DNA of 63,892 nt, filler included, from Octopus bimaculoides (Eukaryota), in NCBI RefSeq assembly GCF_001194135.2. It is 4 parts of 4 records of this genome, joined end to end, with 100 filler letters (N's around TTAATTAATTAA, not from the genome) between each part and the next. Parts side by side here need not be neighbours in the genome. Positions count along the whole stretch, not along the records: positions 1 to 21,256 come from NC_068988.1; positions 21,357 to 37,504 come from NC_068994.1; 2 more parts are not named here. One strand, given 5' to 3'. Position numbers and translations under genes: made by a program. The notes under the pieces are model-generated. The model was not told the origin of the DNA. It did not search any database and saw only the letters and a program-made list of their open reading frames with translations. This document shows positions 12,015 through 24,002 of this stretch, piece after piece (positions within the stretch are counted from its first letter, which is position 1; every line of letters starts with the position of its first letter).

Positions 12015-15000
12015 TCGAGTATGAGTGAGGAATTAGGGCTTAAAAGTTAAAATGTAGATTTATAAGGATTACCTAAGGGGTATTGTGGAAATATACTGTG
12101 TGGTCGTTTACAAATTTGGATTTGTGGTAGAATCTGAATGTGTGAAAAAAGCGGCGGTTGCATGTGCTTAGTGCCTCATTATGTTTATTTAGCAGTGGTG
12201 GAGAGTTGTGCTTTAATATGTGAAGTGCTTCCTTCAGAAAAGATTGCAGGTTGAGCGTTGACCTCGGTAGGGAATCCCTGAGTCCAGTATGGACCATGAT
12301 AGAGTATAGGGTATATTTGTATTTTTGAGATGATATATGCTGTTGGCGAGTGTTGTAGATTTACTATAGATGTCGTAACTGAAAGAATGGAGGTGAGCGG
12401 CATATCGTTGCTTAAAATATTTGGTTGATCCTATGGATATGGCTGTAGAGTTGTGTAATAGATTAAGGACCGTGCATACTAACAGGGTTCCTTCACTTAT
12501 TGTCTTCGGGAGGTAGTTTAGCATATCTAAGTCATCCCTGATGAAGTTTTCACATATTTTAGAAACGGTTTCAGTAAGATGTCGGGGAAGTTGCTCAAAC
12601 GGTGGGTTTCACAAGCAGAGTCAGCAATGATGGGTCTCGGTTTGAGGTCAGTAGGGGGGGGGGATTTATGCAGAGGCTTGGAGAAACTTTGCAAGCTTTA
12701 CAAATATGTGGATTTTGTGTATTTTAAGTAATCCATAGAATAGACTAGCTCTATATTTAAAATTGGATAAATAGTCAATTTCATGTTTAGTGAGGCCCTT
12801 TCCATGTATTTGAAGTAAAGAGGATAAGTTTTTAAGAGTCTTCTGTGGGTTGTATTGTACTATCATCTCATAGTAAATATCATTTTGCAACATGGAAAGT
12901 ATTAACTTTTTGTAGTACTCTGTGTCCATCACCACTACCGCACTTCCTTTGTCGGCTTCTTTAATGGTGAGGTTTATATAATTTTTTAACTCAATTAGGT
13001 CTTTCCATTCATTTACATTAAGGTTGGATTTAATTCGTTGTTTTTGTAGGGTATTAAAAGGAAAACTGGTAATGTGTTCACAGAAAGCATCAAATGCTTT
13101 ATTTCTGCCCTTTGTAGAACAGTATTCCCTTTTGTTTTTTACTATAGACTCATCTTCGCTGGTGTAGTTGTGAAGTGCTTCCGTGGGGCGTAATTTTCGG
13201 CAGAAATCCATAGTGTTATCCTTAATTTCATATAGATTCAATTTGCGAGGGGTTGGAGTAAATTTTAAACCTCTTGCTAGAATTTTAGTTTGTGTAACAC
13301 TTAGGATTTTCTTTGAGAAGTTGATTATTTTCGATTGTTCTTGTACATTTTGTTCCATTTCACATCTCTGTTTCTCTGATTTAGGTCTAAAAAATGGTTG
13401 TAGTAGGTGGATTGTTGTGGAAAGTATTGTATTTGGTTTGCTGCGGAAAAAATGGGTGTAAAGTGTGTCTGTGGTAGTATGTTGGTGGTGGAATGGCTGT
13501 GTAGCGGGCTAGATTATGGTTGCACTGAGGGTTGTTATATTGTCTATGGTTGATGTGGTTAGGGTTAAATTTATTGTTAATATTGTAATGTGGGTGGAGG
13601 GAAAAGTTATGCTGTCTAGTTAGGTTGTGTCTTGTTGAATGATTGAAGTAACCATGTTGAGGGTTAAGTCTTGGAGGTAAATTCTTCCAATTATTGTGAG
13701 ATGATGGAGGTAGTTTAGGTTAGTCTGGAGGTTTCGATAGAACCTTTGATTTGTATGTAGAATGCCATGAGGATTACGTCCAGATTTTCTATTGTGGGCT
13801 GAATTCCTGAGTGTTGTTTGTAAGTTATGTTGGGATGTAAGAGAGGCTAGATCGGTGGAGTTGTGTCCCCTAGATCGTCTGTGGTTTGTGTTAGATAAGC
13901 GTGGGTTCATTTCTGTGTATGGTTTTGGTTTATTTTTCTTCAGGAAGGGGTTATCCGATGCGTATTCTATGTTGAACTGTGTTTCGTAGTTAATAAAGAA
14001 ATTGGCTTGTTTTTCCCAGCGTTGTAGGGAGCTTCTTCCTTCAGCTTCACAAGCTGTTTTCCACAGTTTAAAGACACTTTCCAAGCGTTGACCATCTGAA
14101 TGTTTCTTTAGTTCGTTGTAGATTTCCTCATCTATGTTTTTAAATTTTTGTTTATTGCTTCGCGATATAAGCTTAAGGCGTTCTATTTCTGTCTTCATTT
14201 TTTCCAGTGTTAGTTTCTCCCTTGATTGTCTTTGTTGGTCCTGTTCGTTTGGAATACGTTTAATTTGGAATTTATGGGGCAGAATTATTGGTGTTGAATT
14301 TAATCAGCGTTCATAAATTTCGGCCTTGTGGTTGTTTTTGATCATGTTCTAGAAGGAAAGTTTTCTGGCTTTAAGTTTTTCATTCCATATGTGTATAATG
14401 CGGTTTTTAATTGATGGTGTAAGCGTGGAGGGGGTTCTATCTTGTGTATTATCTGTAGATGGATTTTCATCTAAGTAATTATTATGAGGTAAAGAATGAA
14501 GAGTGGTGCATAATTCGGACAGATGTTGATTGAGCTGTTCCAGGGATTGTTCTTTCCCTTCTTTTTCTGTTGCCTCTTGTGTAAATCGAGTAAGTTCATC
14601 AATCTTGCTAATTAAAAGTCTCAAATTCGTGTTGATTTCTTTCAGTTCCTTACGAGTCACTTCGTTGAGAGTTTTAACTCTAGAGTTTGTTGTTTGTGGC
14701 ATATTCAATCTCACGTGTAGTGAAATACAATAGGAATATGTTCCAAAAACAAAATAGAAACTACACGTGGAAATGTAAGGGGAAAGTAAGCAGAAAAGTA
14801 TGCGAAAATGCACATTGGAAATAAAAAAAAAGTAAAGGCTTTTTTATGAAAAGTAACGATGAATATATATAATTAGATGAACTGAGGTAGGAATAAAGAC
14901 AATAAAAATCATTATTGTGAGTTGTTAAAGAGATTCAAAAGCATACTGGTATCGTAATATTACTAATCATTGCTTTGAATGCACACCAAATACTGAACGG

Positions 15001-17239
15001 TGTCAGGTCTATTAGTCCCTTAGTAAAAAGATTATGTGTAAGGGAGGTAAGTAGTTCTGGATTTGGTGCAGTTAGGGTAGATCTAGATCTGTAATGTGAA
15101 TGGTGTATGGGGGTTAGTGGTATTAAATGGAAGATATATATGTATGCATGTATGTATGTATGTATGTATGTATGTATGTATGTATGTATGTATGTATGTA
15201 TGTATGTANNNNNNNNNNNNNNNNNNNNNNNNNNNNNNNNNNNNNNNNNNNNNNNNNNNNNNNNNNNNNNNNNNNNNNNNNNNNNNNNNNNNNNNNNNNN
15301 NNNNNNNNNNNNNNNNNNNNNNNNNNNNNNNNNNNNNNNNNNNNNNNNNNNNNNNNNNNNNNNNNNNNNNNNNNATATAGATACATACATACATACATAC
15401 ATACACACCCATCCAGGGAGAGAGAGAAAGAAAGAAAGAAAATATTATAAATATCTACTGTAATAAGTTATGCTGGGAACTGTAGCTTTCAATAGTACAC
15501 AGTGACCGTTTTCAACCGTGAATTGAGAAGAATATGTTGGAGAAGTGCATGTTATTTCTGATATCCGTGGGTGGCTTCCTTGAGGTTAATTTGCTTTTAT
15601 ACTCTTGCGTGTGGGTAGTTAGCTTATTTGTTTGGTATTCATATATGTAGTATATATTTCTATACATATAGAAATATATACCCCCCCCCTGCAACACACA
15701 CACGCACGCACACAAATGCTCACACACTGATACACACCCAGATATATGTATACGAATCAGTCAGTATGCGCACGCGTGTGTGTGTGCGTCCGCGCATGTT
15801 TGCATGTGTGTGTATGAGTGGGTCTGTGCGTTCGTGTGCGTGTGTGCGTATTTGTGTGTGTGTCTGTTTGTGTGTCTAATGATTTCTATTAGGTAAAGCG
15901 ATACTAAATACCAGCTTCTAAATACACTTTAGTAAAAGTAGCACGAATTACGTAGTCAACTTTACAGCTATTTCAGCTAAATGAAGCTAAGTGCACGTAC
16001 ATCTTATAGCTTCAGTGAGAGCTATCAAACCGAACAGTTTAATCAATGGAATTAATTACGCAAAAAGATTCTTCGTCTATCGTCATTCAATAATTAATAT
16101 GTGGAACAACCACTTTATTGCTTGACTAAGGCGGTTGGCCGGTACGTGGTCCTTGTGATCGCAATACATGATCTATCTTAAACAAAACCACGCGAAAGCC
16201 ACCTGTGGCTTGAACAACGAGTTTTTCTGCTCCTTTCACCGACCAACATGGTTATAGCTAAACTACCTGGATACGACTTAATGTCGACGACGACATTGAT
16301 ATAAGCATACGTACGATTTTCGCTACTCTATTTCAGACCTCACTAGCTTTTCTCCTTCGACATTCCCCAATGGACATCTGGGTTATTTCTATTCTTTCTA
16401 CCATAACTTTATTTTGATATTGTTTGTTTGTTTTTTTTCTTCTTCTACTTTTTATCTTATATATATTCAATATCTGTTGACTTCTACGCTTAACTGCATA
16501 TTCTTAGCGGCTTAGTTTTCTTTCATGTGTGCTATAAAAACTCACTAGCATTATCGTTAATATAATTACAAGGTCATTATCCCGTAATTCATTTTTTTAT
16601 AATATTTTCACTAATTACATTTTTCTCTTCAGTCATTGCACCTGTTGCCTCACCCCCATTCACACATATTCCACTAGTGTTCTCAATACTTTTTCGCTTT
16701 TTTTTTTATTTATGCTAAATGCCAGTTTAAACCATAGAACTTCCCTAGATTATAGCTCGTAGTGCTTTGACTGTACTGAATCTTCTAAGAGAGAAGGAGA
16801 AAGAGAGGAGANNNNNNNNNNTTTAAACCATAGAACTTCCCTAGATTATAGCTCGTAGTGCTTTGACTGTACTGAATCTTCTAAGAGAGAAGGAGAAAGA
16901 GAGGAGAGAGAGAGAGAGAGCGTATTTCTTCTGCTCGAGAGTAAGTTGGTACCTATTGCAATTAGTGAAACCTAGCACATGCTACCAAGAGTTTTATATC
17001 GGAATAGTCTTCTCCTAGCCAGACTGTCTTTCAAGTTGACGAGGTCCCTCTTCTACTGCAGAACTGGATTCTTGTCACCACTTATCCGCTCAAGCCCCTT
17101 CTGTAGCCGTCGAGTAGGCCAGGAGCTGCACTTTGTTATCAGAGGTTAATTAAGATGCAGGCATTACGAGAATATTTGCCTAGTGGGAGTTTATCCCCAC
17201 TGCCATTTCCGGCTATAAAAACCTTGGAACCTGTTAAAT

Positions 17240-17685
17240 ACAATTGAGAAATAATTCTGTACCAACACTAACAGTAAAAGACAAAATTTATGGAGAAACC
17301 TTCGCTATAGCAGTAGGCAAACTGCAGAAGGAGAATGCATCTGTAAAGGATCTAATAATTGGATATTGGTACAACAAGGCTGACATTTTATAGAAACCAG
17401 TTGATATATATGTTCAAAAGGACTATGGAAGGTCAGACTGATATACTGCTGGCTTGCTTCAGCAAGGACAAATTTTGTTGCCAAAAATGAAATCGCAGAA
17501 ATGGCAGGAAACTACAGGCCCGTTGTTTGCCTAAATATTATGTACAAACTGTACACAAGTTGCCTCAATCAATTCCTCCAGGACCATTGTGAGTCGAACA
17601 ATATTGTGACTGATGAACAGGCTGGTAGAATGAAGGGACTGTGGAGATGTGCGGAAAAACTTTTGATAAACAAAGCTGTATTGTA
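17240..17685 (+). mobile_element. Dong/R4-clade non-LTR RT fragment
   Basis: LIIGYWYN; NYRPVVCLNIMYKLYTSCLN..L.DHCE.NNIVTDEQAG.MKGLW.C.EKLLINK. Confidence 0.8.
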
Positions 17686-19309
17686 TATTTTTAGGTCTTG
17701 TTTATCCATACTTATCACGTGATGCACATTTTTGATATAATGGATGTTTAAAACGAGTAATTATTTACTTGATTGTATGTTTAAATGAATAATTGTATTT
17801 ATTCTAATTTCATATAACACAAATAACGTATAATATTATATTGTATATAATATAATATAGTATAATATAATTTTCTCTCAAATGCATTGACTTACGCTTT
17901 AAATATGTAAAAGAAAATAATATATAATTTAGTATATATTGAATAAATTTATCGTAAAGCTTATCGTATTTATATAAAGAGATTTGCCATTGGCTTATAA
18001 CTAGTGAATCATGGCAAATTTTATTAAAATAATATCTTATTTACGGTTCTTCTGGGGGTGGTTTTCCGAACTTATAAATACATGAAAATAATATAAGAAC
18101 ATAAATTTATATAAGTTTATTTTCCTCTGAAAAAAAAGGTAACTTTTTAATAAATTATTTTAAATTATTTTACGTTGACATCACTTACAAATAACAAAAA
18201 AAAGTGATTGAAGTAGAATTTAATATTATTTAGTATCGGCCTGGTGAGGGTTAAGAATATTTCTCTGATTAAATTTTTGTGTAAATAGTAAATAATGTGG
18301 TTTATTTAAGAATGTGTTTGGTAAATTTATATTATAATATGTGTTGGTAGTTCTATTTCTTTCGAACGTGTAGATACTTGTCCCACAGCTAACCACCTAC
18401 ACTTTTTTCTGCAAAATAGGGGTAGTTTATCCTGTTCAGGCTATATCAGCATTATCCTGCGATTGAGAATTTAAAAATCACTTCTTTAACTTTCTAAAAC
18501 ATCTCAACGCTTCTAAAAGCAAACTTCGTTTGTTTGTTTACGTTTATCATAAATTTGAATTTAACATATTTACATGAGTTTATTTCCTTTTATTTTTTTT
18601 TAAAAAGGTAAATTTTGATTGAATTCTTTCCGTACACATTAATATGGATAATAAATAATGACTACAGTATAATTTATAAAATTAATTATGATATTACTTA
18701 GTGTCGGCATCGTTGGGATAAAGGATACTTTTCTAAAAGATTTTTTTTTTTGTGCATGTTGTAATTTTATTGACAGTTTCGGACTGAAAGTCAATATTTA
18801 CTGTTTTACATTAGATAAATTTCGAATTGTTTCTGTTTTAAAATACTAACGCGCAGAAATATACTTAAATTAGTATTCTTAACTATACACACATATTTTA
18901 TAACCGTTATATTAGTTTCTATTTTATTTTATTTTATTTATTTAGAATTAAATTATTGACGGTCACACTTACAAACATAAACATATATTGATTCAGTCTG
19001 TTATACGATTTCAAACTTCTCATATGTGATTTTCGTCCTGTTTACTCTGATGAGATTCTTACTCAAAATGTTTCCATAATAGGTATTTTTCTAAATTTGT
19101 TATTGGTTTTGGAGTTTGAGAACGAAGTCATTCCAAATATTGATAGTTTCAAAATATGTGAAGATTGCACAGTACATCGTAGTATATGATAGGAAATGCA
19201 TCCATTATGAAAAACTTTTCAAGATATGAATTTATTTCTAGCGAAATTGTACCGATTCTCAGAATAGAACACTGGAACGCATCCAATGCTCTTGAAGATG
19301 ATGATTATG

Positions 19310-19692
19310 ATTGTTGGCACTCCGTCGCTTACGACGTCGAGGGTTCCAGTTGATCCGATCAACGGAACAACCTGCTCGTGAAATTAACGTGCAAGTGGCT
19401 GAGCACTCCACAGATTCGTGTACCCTTAACGTAGTTCTCGGGGATATTCAGCGCGACACAGTGTGACAAGGCTGACCCTTTGAATTACAGGCACGACAGA
19501 AACAAGGGATAAGAGTGAGAGAAAGTTGTGGTGGAAGAGTACAGCAGGGTTCGCCACCATCCCCTGCCGGAGCCTCGTGGCGCTTTAGGTGTTTTCGCTC
19601 AATAAACACTCACAACGCCCGGTCTGGGAATCGAAACCGCGATCCTATGACCGAGAGTCCACTGCCCAAACCACTGGGCCATTGCGCCTCCA
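19310..19692 (-). mobile_element. SINE family C, full-length tRNA-derived SINE
   Basis: Reverse complement starts gtggaggcgcaaTGGCCCAGTGG (A box)...GGTTTCGATTCCC (B box) and ends in a (CAT/AAT) tail. A tail fragment also occurs at ~43460-43575. Confidence 0.82.
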
Positions 19693-19776
19693 CGACGATT
19701 ATGATATACGACACATAACTAAATGACTGACAAACTGATTTTAAGATGTTCTAGCGATTATAAGGAATAATAAACA

Positions 19777-20247
19777 AAAATAGAAACATTATTTGTACAT
19801 ATCTCAAAGAGAGATATTCAGTAATAATTCTTTAAAGTAAAGACTATTTGCCAACATAACGTGGCTGTCCTGAAGAGGACGATTGTTACTGTTGTTTAGC
19901 CCCATGAAACGTCGTTTCCAGCTGGATATACAACACAATATATGTGTTCTTATATTTTCGAACAAGAAGTCCAGCACCATCATTCACGGCAAGCGCTATA
20001 ACCCAGGAACCGGTCCATGGATGTTGTCTTGTGCTGGATGGGGTTGCTGGACTCCCTGTTTGAAAATATTAGGACATAGATATTGTGTCGTATAGCCAGC
20101 TGTAAACGATGTTTCCTGGAGCTAAACAGCAGTAACAATTGTTCCTTTCAGGACAGCAACATTATGTTGGCAAATAACTTTTACTTTAAGGAACTGTTAC
20201 TGAATATCTCTCTTTGAGATATTTAGAAATAATAATGTTTCTATTTT
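19777..20247. mobile_element. Foldback/MITE-like element with ~205-bp inverted arms; partial second copy at 20280-20545
   Basis: Left arm atagaaacattattt...tttgccaacata...gtccagca is the reverse complement of the right arm tgctggac...tatgttggcaaa...aatgtttctat. Confidence 0.8.
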
Positions 20248-20561
20248 ATCAGATAAGTGACTGTGTTACTTTGAAAACTATATATTTTCGAACGGTGAAT
20301 TCAGCAACGCCACCTAGCCAAGCAGCTACTCTGCTTTGATAAAGGGCTATAACCCAGAATCTGGTCCACAGATGTTGTTTTGTGTTAGATGGGAATTCTG
20401 AGCTTCCTGTTCGAAAATATAAGGACACAGATATTGTGTAGTATAGCCAGCTGGAGACGATGCTTCATGGGGCTAAAAAACAGTAACAATCGTCCCCTCC
20501 AGGACAGTGACATTATGTTGGCAAATAGCCTTTACTTTAAGGAAAAATACACACACGCACG

Positions 20562-20600
<39 letters not shown>

Positions 20601-20803
20601 ATGCAGTACTACCAACAGGATAAGCAGTAGCAGTGGTAGCATAATCATGGTCATCATTGTCGACTCCTTGTCAGCAGCATTTGAAACTGCATTGACATCA
20701 TCATCACCACGATGATGATGATGATGATGATGGTGATCATCATCATCATGATCACCATCATCATCATCAACGTCGTTGTATTCATCATCATCAGATTCAC
20801 CAA

Positions 20804-20841
<38 letters not shown>

Positions 20842-20944
20842 GTTTTAACAGAGAAGACACCGGGGAAGTTTAACATGTGAGTACGTTAAATCACTGCTCC
20901 GAAACTTATCCAAAAACATCGGAAATAAAGACATCGCATGGAGC

Positions 20945-21256
20945 CAAAAAATAGCTGACAAAGGGTTGGACTATACCCGAGTAAGTAATACTCATTGAAA
21001 TTTATTTCTATTTTTCCAAATATAATGATGTATTTTAACTTGATACCTCCACTACCCGAACAGCGATTGTAAACACACGTGTTACATCAAAATTCAGACC
21101 ATCTCCAAACCCAAACACCATGTACAAAAAATAGCTGACAAAGGGTTGGACTATACCCGAGTAAGTAATACTCATTGAAATTTATCTCTATTTTTACAAA
21201 TATAATGATGTATTTTAACTTGATACCTCCACTACCCACACAGCGATCGTAAACAC
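20945..21256 (+). repeat. Direct duplication with 180-bp period
   Basis: caaaaaatagctgacaaagggttggactatacccgagtaagt...gtaaacac at 20945-21077 and 21125-21256. Confidence 0.85.
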
Positions 21257-21356
21257 NNNNNNNNNNNNNNNNNNNNNNNNNNNNNNNNNNNNNNNNNNNN
21301 TTAATTAATTAANNNNNNNNNNNNNNNNNNNNNNNNNNNNNNNNNNNNNNNNNNNN
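21257..21356. other. Artificial scaffolding spacer 44N-TTAATTAATTAA-44N
   Basis: The identical 100-bp construct occurs three times, with stop codons in all six frames. Confidence 0.93.
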
Positions 21357-21789
21357 TTGGGGTGGGGTGTAAAGTAGGCACCAAGTCTGTTACATACCAT
21401 AACTAATGGAATCTAAATATGTAAGCGACCAAGACCCGAAATATATAAATCAGTACAAAATGTACAAAACAAAAACAAAACGAAACAAAAAAGAATTAGA
21501 GTCGTGTATAATGGTGGTGGGGTATAATTGTCGCAACTCTTTTTTAATCTCGCAATATTTCGCTGGTATTTGTTTTAATGCTCCGAGAATTATAAAAGGT
21601 GAAATTGCAATTAGTGGTAGTTCAGCGACGAAATTCGAAGGGGCGTAACTCTATCCGATAATGCGTTCTAGACGCCGCTCTGCTTATTACTCCAATCCAT
21701 TCACCCTACAAAGGAGTAATTAGTTCTTTCGTCTGTTTGAAGGGCGTCGAATGAAGCGGGACATTACAGAGACAAGGGAGAATAATTGT

Positions 21790-22076
21790 CTTTTATCTTT
21801 TGTCTCGTATTTGTTTCAATCATTAGACTGCGGTCATGCTGGGGCAACGGCGTGAAGTATATTTTAGTCGAATGAATCGACCTTACTGTTCTTTGTCTTT
21901 TTTTTCTCTTTGAGCCTGGATTTCTTTGCCAAACCACTAAGATAGGGGGACGTAAACACACCAACACCAGTTGTCAAGCTGTGGTGGGGACAAACACACA
22001 CAAAGATACACGCGCACACATACACATACATAAGTACATACATACATATATACATACACACACATACATACATACA

Positions 22077-22108
<32 letters not shown>

Positions 22109-22240
22109 CGACAGGCTTCTTTCAGTTTCCATGTAACAATTCCACTCACAAGGTCGGCTCAAGGCTAGAGTAGGTGACACTTGCCCAAGGTGCCTCGCCT
22201 CCCAGTGGTATCGAACTTAGAACAATTTGGTGGGGAGGCA
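21790..22240 (-). mobile_element. SINE family A, near full length (tRNA-like head, CORE-like GGCACCTTGGGCAAGTG, internal CA/TACA microsatellite, tail)
   Basis: The tail (21790-22010) and head (22105-22240) halves are contiguous through a microsatellite, showing both halves belong to one element. Confidence 0.8.
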
Positions 22241-22404
22241 TGTGATGTTTTGCATAAAGCTTCATTGAAAAAAAACATCAAATGAGATTTTCAATATTAC
22301 CAGGCCTAAAAGAAGTACTGGAGTAGATTCATCCGACTAAAAACTCCTTCAGTGCGGTGCCCCAGTGTGGCGGCAGTCTAATGACTAAAATAAGTAACAG
22401 ATAA

Positions 22405-22620
22405 ATTTTCTTCGCTACTCTAGGCACAAGGCCCGAAATTTTTGTGGAGGGGCCAGTCGATTAGATCGATCCAGTACGCAACTGGTACTTAATTATTCAA
22501 CCCCGAAAGGATTAAAGGCAAATTCGACCTCCACGGAATTTGAACTCAGAACGTAAAGACAAACAAAATACCGCTAAGCATTTCTCCTGGTGTGCTAATG
22601 TTTCTGCCAGCTCGCTGCCT
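22405..22620 (-). mobile_element. SINE family B (tRNA-like head ggcgagctggcagaaac...)
   Basis: Shared with 25040-25252, 25270-25465, 56098-56240 and 57745-57890. B-box-like gagttcaaattcc. Confidence 0.78.
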
Positions 22621-23870
22621 TAAGTAACAGATAAATATTACCCACTGTGTCCTACAGTGGAATCGAACGCGTAACAACGTGATTGTGAAACGTACTTTTT
22701 AACCACGCCAACAAGCTTCCGCGTGTTAGTTTATTTTAGTCATTAATAACAAAGGAAAACGCTTCACAACAGAAGCCAAATAAATGTTAACACCTTTGTA
22801 ATTAAGAGGGAATGACAATGGAAGTTGTCAGATTGACTAAATTTCAGAACAGATTGAATCAAATTAGAAAACTAAAAACTAAAATAAAATGAAATAAAGT
22901 AAGAAAAATGTCTTGAAAATACCTTTCCTTCATTTCCTTGGTAAATGAAATGAAAACAAAGCAGCACGTGTATAACATCATGATCATCAATAAGAAGACA
23001 ACCGCCATACCGTCACCATCACCAACTCCATCACCAAGAAGAAGAAGAACAACAACAACAGCAATAACCATAATAACACCAACTGAGATAACGACAACAG
23101 ATGACCGTGGACAGACTAAAGAGAGGGGGAAGTGAACAAAGAAGGGGGAGGAGAAGGACAATGAAAAATGGACAGAGAAGAGAACGTAACAAGTCTTCTT
23201 TCCTCCTTCAACGAATATAATTCCGGTTACAACATATTGTTGGGTTGGTGAGAATGTATGAAATAAAGAACGGATATATATATNNNNNNNNNNNNNNNNN
23301 NNNNNNNNNNNNNNNNNNNNNNNNNNNNNNNNNNNNNNNNNNNNNNNNNNNNNNNNNNNNNNNNNNNNNNNNNNNNNNNNNNNNNNNNNNNNNNNNNNNN
23401 NNNNNNNNNNNNNNNNNNNTATATCACCAACAGTAAGCAACATGAAATACGAAAACAAATGAGTTCAATACGCAAAGAACGAAAGAAAAAAAATGGAAAA
23501 CAGGACAAGTAACTTAAAGAATGACCCTTCATCAGTTGTCGTCTATCTATCTACTCCTCATTTCGAAGACAGTTGGTTCCAATAATACCAAAATAAAATT
23601 TTGGATTTATGGGGGGGTCAAAGTTAGGAACAAAAACAGGAGAGTGGTGACATACAGGGAAACCGAACGAAAACAAGCTTGGAGTGTCGTTAGACCTGAA
23701 CGAGGAGACAAATGGTGAATGCTATATGTATAATGTGTTAATGTTTGTTTTTAAGCTCAGTTACATAAAGAAATTTATATAAATCTGATGTGTTACTTTG
23801 TACTATTGTAGAGGACAAGCTTATTATTTTTCAACAGGAATGTCATTGATAGTGACTTCGAAGCCGTTAA

Positions 23871-23915
23871 GCAGTCCGACGATGGCTTAACTAGCCGGAA
23901 CTGCATAGTCACTGT
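23871..23915 (+). ncRNA. Minimal type I hammerhead motif with A13G (GGAA) core change
   Basis: GCAGT CCGACGA T GGCT TAACT AGCC GGAA CT GCAT AG TC|ACTGT. All three stems pair (5, 4 and 3 bp), GUC triplet, AATAA just downstream. Confidence 0.58.
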
Positions 23916-23971
23916 CAATAATATTCTTGTTTAAAAATGTACATCTCTGTGTTTATCTGTATGTATGTATG

Positions 23972-24002
<31 letters not shown>

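Larger units (their letters stand above)
10820..15110 (-). mobile_element. Penelope-like element 1 with RT core deleted
   Basis: LARGLKFTPTP and IKEADKGSAVVVMD (PLE RT N-terminus); PRPII..RLSNF.DILLKPF; GIY-YIG remnant IGSTKYFKQRYAAHLHSF..L..SIYHLK..YTLSWSIL; HHR-bearing terminal repeat at 10820-11090. Confidence 0.85.

Noticed and set aside
12538-12585. CTGATGA...GAAACGG as an HHR
   Set aside because: Antisense to a PLE ORF with no stem II or stem I pairing; chance match.
16726-16907. 86-bp direct duplication
   Set aside because: Identical copies on each side of a 10-N gap; typical unmerged contig overlap.
18770-18795. GAC-TTTCA-GTCC-GAAACTGTC half HHR on the minus strand
   Set aside because: The CUGAUGA half is absent.
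19040-19080. CTGATGAG...CTC AAAA as an HHR
   Set aside because: No GAAA and no stem I pairing.
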